Positions 16,785 to 20,703 of a DNA stretch of 20,703 nt are shown here, piece after piece. The DNA comes from Candidatus Thorarchaeota archaeon. GTDB lineage: Archaea; Asgardarchaeota; Thorarchaeia; Thorarchaeales; Thorarchaeaceae. The first letter of the stretch is position 1, and every line of letters begins with the position of its first letter. Made by a program: the position numbers and the translations under genes. Below the pieces are notes generated by a model. It was given only the letters and a program-made list of their open reading frames with translations. It had not been told where the DNA came from and did no database searches. The stretch covers positions 1-20,703 of the forward strand of contig JBHLQH010000038.1 in NCBI GenBank assembly GCA_048884965.1, read 5' to 3'.

Positions 16785-17687
16785 TTGGACCTTGAAGGTG
16801 TTGTAATATTTGGCGCAGAGTCTGGTATTCCACTATTTTCGAAAATGAATGAGAGTATCGAGCCCTCACTTTTCAGTGGATTCGTTTCAGCTATTCAAAA
16901 CTTCTCAAAAGAAATGGCATTGGGTGGATTATCCTCGTTTGTAACTGATGAGAAGACAGTGTTTCTAGCCGCGCGTGAGAAGACAGTGACTGCTATCATC
17001 GCTCCTCTTGATTCTGATTTTGATGAAGTCTATTCTCTAGCCTATACACTCGGGGAGAAGTTCGAGGAGAAGTATGAGGTTGTCGAAGGTGGCGAGGTTG
17101 GTATCTACAGATCTTTTGATACAGTGATGACAGAACTCCTCCAACGAAAAGAGATTCCTTTCTTGATACGCGTAGCGAATTTCGCAAGGAAAGAAATCGG
17201 TGGAGATGTATCGGTTCGTCCTCGATTGAAGACACGTAGTGGAACCTACGATACCGTTGACTTACTTGTGGAGTATGGTGAGAAATCCAAGAGAGGCGGG
17301 ATCAGAGACCGTCTCATTCAGAAACACCTTCGCGTCTTCAGTGAGGAGGTCATCTTTGTCAAGACAGTAGATGGGACCGCCGGAAAGGGAGAGGTAATGA
17401 AGTTCATAGAGTCCATGAAGAACTATGGCACTTGGAGGAGAGAAGAGGAAACGATGGATGATGTCTTTCCTTATTTTCCATCACGTGCAGTCATCGTTGC
17501 TCGTGACTATTCTCCTACAGTCTTTGAGGGTCTCGAGGGATTAGATCGGATCGATAGCAAATCGTATATCGCACCTGATCATCTATTTCCCACATTTGGA
17601 ACCAAGATGGCTCCAAAGACAACAAAGTGCTTCATAGAGCTATGGAAATGGCATGATGACAAGTACCCTGAGAGAATCTTCAGCTAA
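16785..17687 (+). CDS. Longin-domain protein fused to a degenerate Mrr-like PD-(D/E)XK nuclease fold
   Basis: N-terminal VVIFGAESGIPLFSK...SLFSGFVSAIQNFSKEM...LGEKFEEKY matches the Asgard longin signature. C-terminal RSG..VDLLV..VIFVK..EVMKF..AVIVARDYS matches restriction-endonuclease-like topology. TTG at 16785 has a GGTGA RBS 8 nt upstream; the ORF extends to 16710. Confidence 0.75.
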   Translation: MDLEGVVIFGAESGIPLFSKMNESIEPSLFSGFVSAIQNFSKEMALGGLSSFVTDEKTVFLAAREKTVTAIIAPLDSDFDEVYSLAYTLGEKFEEKYEVVEGGEVGIYRSFDTVMTELLQRKEIPFLIRVANFARKEIGGDVSVRPRLKTRSGTYDTVDLLVEYGEKSKRGGIRDRLIQKHLRVFSEEVIFVKTVDGTAGKGEVMKFIESMKNYGTWRREEETMDDVFPYFPSRAVIVARDYSPTVFEGLEGLDRIDSKSYIAPDHLFPTFGTKMAPKTTKCFIELWKWHDDKYPERIFS

Positions 17688-17785
17688 GATGTTTCAGACT
17701 GGACTACATTGAGGGATGAGAAGCGAGTATCCTTTTTACTGCAGGTAATTGCACCCCCTCTTTCTAAAATTCGACGACCATCACT

Positions 17786-17849
17786 ATTTATAACGAAACA
17801 TATTTTGGAAATTATTGGTAGCTAGACTACTCCGTTCGCGTTGAGGAGG
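17786..17849 (+). promoter_or_regulatory. Candidate TATA box and strong RBS for the secreted nuclease gene
   Basis: TTTATAA near 17787-17793 and GAGGAGG at 17843-17849, 8 nt before the TTG at 17858. Confidence 0.5.
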
Positions 17850-17857
17850 CATTGGAA

Positions 17858-20703
17858 TTGAATCACAAAAGAGTAGGAATACTATTAGTCCTATCATTCT
17901 TGATGCTTAGTGTTGCTTTCACTACCACTGCAGATGCTTGTGGGCATAACTGGAGATGGAGGTGGAGGCGGGACACCACACCACCGACTGTCACGATAAT
18001 CAATCCAGAGGATGGCGAAACCCTATCTGGCTCAGTCACAATCTCGTTCTCTGCTGAGGATAGAAGTCGCATTCGCTTGTGTCAGATTCTTATCGATGGC
18101 ACAGTACGGTCTTGGAGAAGCACATACGATTGGAACACAACCTTAGAGCTGGATGGCGAACATACCATCACATGCAGAGCAATGGATCAGTTTCGAAACT
18201 GGGGCGAAGCGTCTGTCCTGGTCGATGTTGATAATACTGTTGGTGCTTTCAAGGTAATGAGCTACAACATAGAGGCTTCAGGCTCAAATGCTGACTGGAA
18301 GCAGGTTGTGAAGGAAGAGAATCCTGACATCTTGGTCCTTATAGAAACAGGGACATGGGATGACAATGGGAACTACATTCTCAATCAGATTGTCGATGAG
18401 TTCAACACATTCTTCTTGGACGAGCTACCATACGAAGGCTTCTGCGCTCAAGACATTCAGTACGCAACGAGTGGTGCTACAATTTTGAGTCGGTTTCCAG
18501 TTGTTTCCTTCAACCAGATCTCAATCGTGCCACTTGATGATACGTCCGACTACGATGTTACACATGACTTCGTAGAGGCTATTGTAACCATAGATGAATT
18601 TGATGTCCATATCTTTGGTTCTCACCTCAAGGCAATGTCAGGCGCCGAAAATGAGTACAGACGAGAACGCGAAACAGAGGGCATCATCAACTACATGGAC
18701 AACCTCGGAAATGTCCCCATCATGTATATGGGTGACCTCAACTCATTCTCACCAGATGACACCGGTGATCTTGCACCCTTGGGCGACCTCGGATATGGTC
18801 CAATGACTATGAAGCTGTATCCAGAAGATCCAATCTATGGGCAGTATTCATCCACCGTTCACAATTTCACGGATGTCTTTAGAACCCTGAATCCAACTGA
18901 TCCTGGTTATTCCTATGGACATCAGGACTCACAATACCTATCGCGAATTGACTTTATAGTTGTCAATTCGTTCTTCGCTGAAAAGCTGATTAACTCTACA
19001 GTGGGCGATACCGCAACTGCGGACACTGGCTCCGACCACTATCCGGTTGATGTCTTCGTCACTCTGGATAATCCAATCGAACCTGACAGTATCCCTCCTG
19101 CACAAGTTACAGGTCTTAGTGCTACAACAATTAGCATGTCTCAGATTGACCTAAACTGGGATGCCAACACTGAGCCTGATGTGTCCCATTATCGGGTATA
19201 CCGAGATGGAATGCTGATCGCACAGGTTGTTGGAACTGCCTACAGCAATGTTGGTCTTGACCCATTGACCGAGTATACATACGAGGTTTCAGCAGTCGAT
19301 ACGAGCATCAATGAAGGATTGAAGTCCAATCCTGTGACTGCAATGACGGAGGAAGGCGGAGATGCTGATCTTGTAGTAATCAATGAATTCCTTCCAGACC
19401 CCTATGCCCTTTATACTGAGGAATGGGTTGAATTCTATAATCCTCAGGCTTTGGACGCTGACATGTCTGGATACATACTTGATGACATCACTAGTGGAGG
19501 TACGAACCCATATTCAATCCCTGCAGGAACCGTCATTCCTGGATATGGATATCTTGTGCTTTATCAAGGTGCGACAGGTGTTGGTCTGAACAATGCTGGA
19601 GATACTGTGAATCTTCTGAAACCTGATGGCACTACAGTCATAGATTCCTATACCTACACATCCTCAGCTGATGATGTAAGCTATGGTCGTGAATCAGATG
19701 GCTCACCGTCTTGGACGACATTCGACACCCCAACTCCAGGATCTGCAAACATCGTCGTACTACCAAACGGTGATGGTGTTCTCATCAATGAATTCCTTCC
19801 TGACCCCAACACACTCTACACCGAAGAATGGATAGAGCTCTATAACCCATCAGATACCACAGTCAATGTAACCGGTTACGTGCTTGATGATATCACAACT
19901 GGAGGTACTGCTCCCTACACGATACCATCCGGTACTACTATTCCCGCACATGGCTTCATTGTTCTCTATCAAAGCGTCACTGGGATTGGCCTGAATAATG
20001 CTGGCGATACAGTGAACTACATCAGTTCTGATGGTGTGACAGTCCTTGACTCATATACATACTCGACTTCAGCTGACGACATCAGTTATGGGCGAGAAAC
20101 AGATGGTTCATCCATCTGGACGACCTTTGATACACCATCTCCCGGTGCGAGTAATGGAGCTGGCACAAGCAATGGTGATCTAATAGTCATCAATGAATTC
20201 CTCCCAGACCCCAATACCCTCTACACCGAGGAGTGGATCGAGCTCTACAACCCATTGGATGTGGCTGTTGATATCTCTGGATACATCATTGATGATATCA
20301 CGACAGGTGGAACGGCACCATACACAATACCGATTGGAACGGTTATCCCTGCGTATGGCTTTCTTGTGTTCTACCAGAGCGTTACGAATATCGCATTGAA
20401 CAATGCCGGAGACACTCTGAACTACATCAATCCCGATGCAGTGACAGTCCTAGACTCGTTTACCTATACCTCCTCCGCCGATGATATCAGCTATGGTCGA
20501 GAAACTGATGGGGCATCTACTTGGATCACCTTTGATGCTCCAACCCCGGGAGAATCGAACGCCGGTACATTGGCAAATGGTGATGCAGTCCTCATCAATG
20601 AGTTCTTGCCAGACCCCAACACCCTCTATACTGAGGAGTGGATCGAGCTCTACAATCCCCTGGATGAAACAGTCGATATCTCTGGGTATGTGCTTGATGA
20701 TCT
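17858..20703 (+). CDS. Secreted endonuclease/exonuclease/phosphatase (EEP) family protein: signal peptide, Ig-like, EEP, Fn3, at least 4 lamin-tail domains (3'-truncated by the window end)
   Basis: Open frame of at least 948 codons from TTG 17858, absent from the ORF track because there is no stop. Signal peptide MNHKRVGILLVLSFLMLSVAFTTTADA; EEP motifs MSYNI, LVLIE, GSHLKA, MGDLN, SRIDFI, GSDHYPV; Fn3 (IDLNWDAN..HYRVYRDG..GLDPLTEYTYEVSAVD); LTD repeats VINEFLPDP..EEWIELYNP..GYxxDD..LNNAGD..SYGR..PTPG. Confidence 0.92.
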   Translation, partial: MNHKRVGILLVLSFLMLSVAFTTTADACGHNWRWRWRRDTTPPTVTIINPEDGETLSGSVTISFSAEDRSRIRLCQILIDGTVRSWRSTYDWNTTLELDGEHTITCRAMDQFRNWGEASVLVDVDNTVGAFKVMSYNIEASGSNADWKQVVKEENPDILVLIETGTWDDNGNYILNQIVDEFNTFFLDELPYEGFCAQDIQYATSGATILSRFPVVSFNQISIVPLDDTSDYDVTHDFVEAIVTIDEFDVHIFGSHLKAMSGAENEYRRERETEGIINYMDNLGNVPIMYMGDLNSFSPDDTGDLAPLGDLGYGPMTMKLYPEDPIYGQYSSTVHNFTDVFRTLNPTDPGYSYGHQDSQYLSRIDFIVVNSFFAEKLINSTVGDTATADTGSDHYPVDVFVTLDNPIEPDSIPPAQVTGLSATTISMSQIDLNWDANTEPDVSHYRVYRDGMLIAQVVGTAYSNVGLDPLTEYTYEVSAVDTSINEGLKSNPVTAMTEEGGDADLVVINEFLPDPYALYTEEWVEFYNPQALDADMSGYILDDITSGGTNPYSIPAGTVIPGYGYLVLYQGATGVGLNNAGDTVNLLKPDGTTVIDSYTYTSSADDVSYGRESDGSPSWTTFDTPTPGSANIVVLPNGDGVLINEFLPDPNTLYTEEWIELYNPSDTTVNVTGYVLDDITTGGTAPYTIPSGTTIPAHGFIVLYQSVTGIGLNNAGDTVNYISSDGVTVLDSYTYSTSADDISYGRETDGSSIWTTFDTPSPGASNGAGTSNGDLIVINEFLPDPNTLYTEEWIELYNPLDVAVDISGYIIDDITTGGTAPYTIPIGTVIPAYGFLVFYQSVTNIALNNAGDTLNYINPDAVTVLDSFTYTSSADDISYGRETDGASTWITFDAPTPGESNAGTLANGDAVLINEFLPDPNTLYTEEWIELYNPLDETVDISGYVLDD
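19373..20703 (+). repeat. Tandem 405-bp (135-aa) coding repeats, lamin-tail domains: three complete and one partial
   Basis: The AAT-GAR-TTC (NEF) anchor recurs at 19382, 19787, 20192 and 20597, an exact 405-bp period, with many synonymous differences between copies. Confidence 0.9.

Noticed and set aside
6623-17687. Rab-like GTPase and longin protein as a single GTPase-GEF operon
   Set aside because: They are 9 kb apart, on opposite strands and separated by unrelated genes. Both families are abundant in Asgard genomes, so co-occurrence may be chance.
19373-20703. Periodic repeats considered as a possible CRISPR array or DGR template/variable repeat
   Set aside because: The units are 405-bp in-frame coding domains with mostly synonymous differences. 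There are no spacers, no adenine-specific mutation pattern evident, and no reverse transcriptase or cas gene in the window.

Overview
Gene-dense archaeal chromosomal segment, most likely from an Asgard archaeon (Thorarchaeia-like). This is inferred from a Rab-like small GTPase, a longin-domain protein, a NosD/beta-helix surface protein with repeated 'PTW..D' Ig/cadherin-like modules, archaeal GGTG/GGAGG ribosome-binding sites and frequent TTG/GTG starts. About 21 CDSs; I see no rRNA, tRNA, CRISPR array or mobile element. Highlights: (1) a longin domain fused to a catalytically degenerate Mrr-like PD-(D/E)XK fold, next to a TPR/SNAP-like repeat protein; (2) a Rab-like GTPase with a long C-terminal coiled coil; (3) a signal-peptide-bearing caspase-family (C14) protease; (4) a large secreted EEP nuclease with Fn3 and at least 4 tandem lamin-tail domains, missing from the ORF track because it runs off the window end; (5) the caspase and the nuclease share the same N-terminal module (signal peptide, RWR motif, Ig domain); (6) an unannotated 3' remnant of a paralogous beta-lactamase-family hydrolase gene at 14984-15100. 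All domain calls come from motif recognition by eye; no searches were run.
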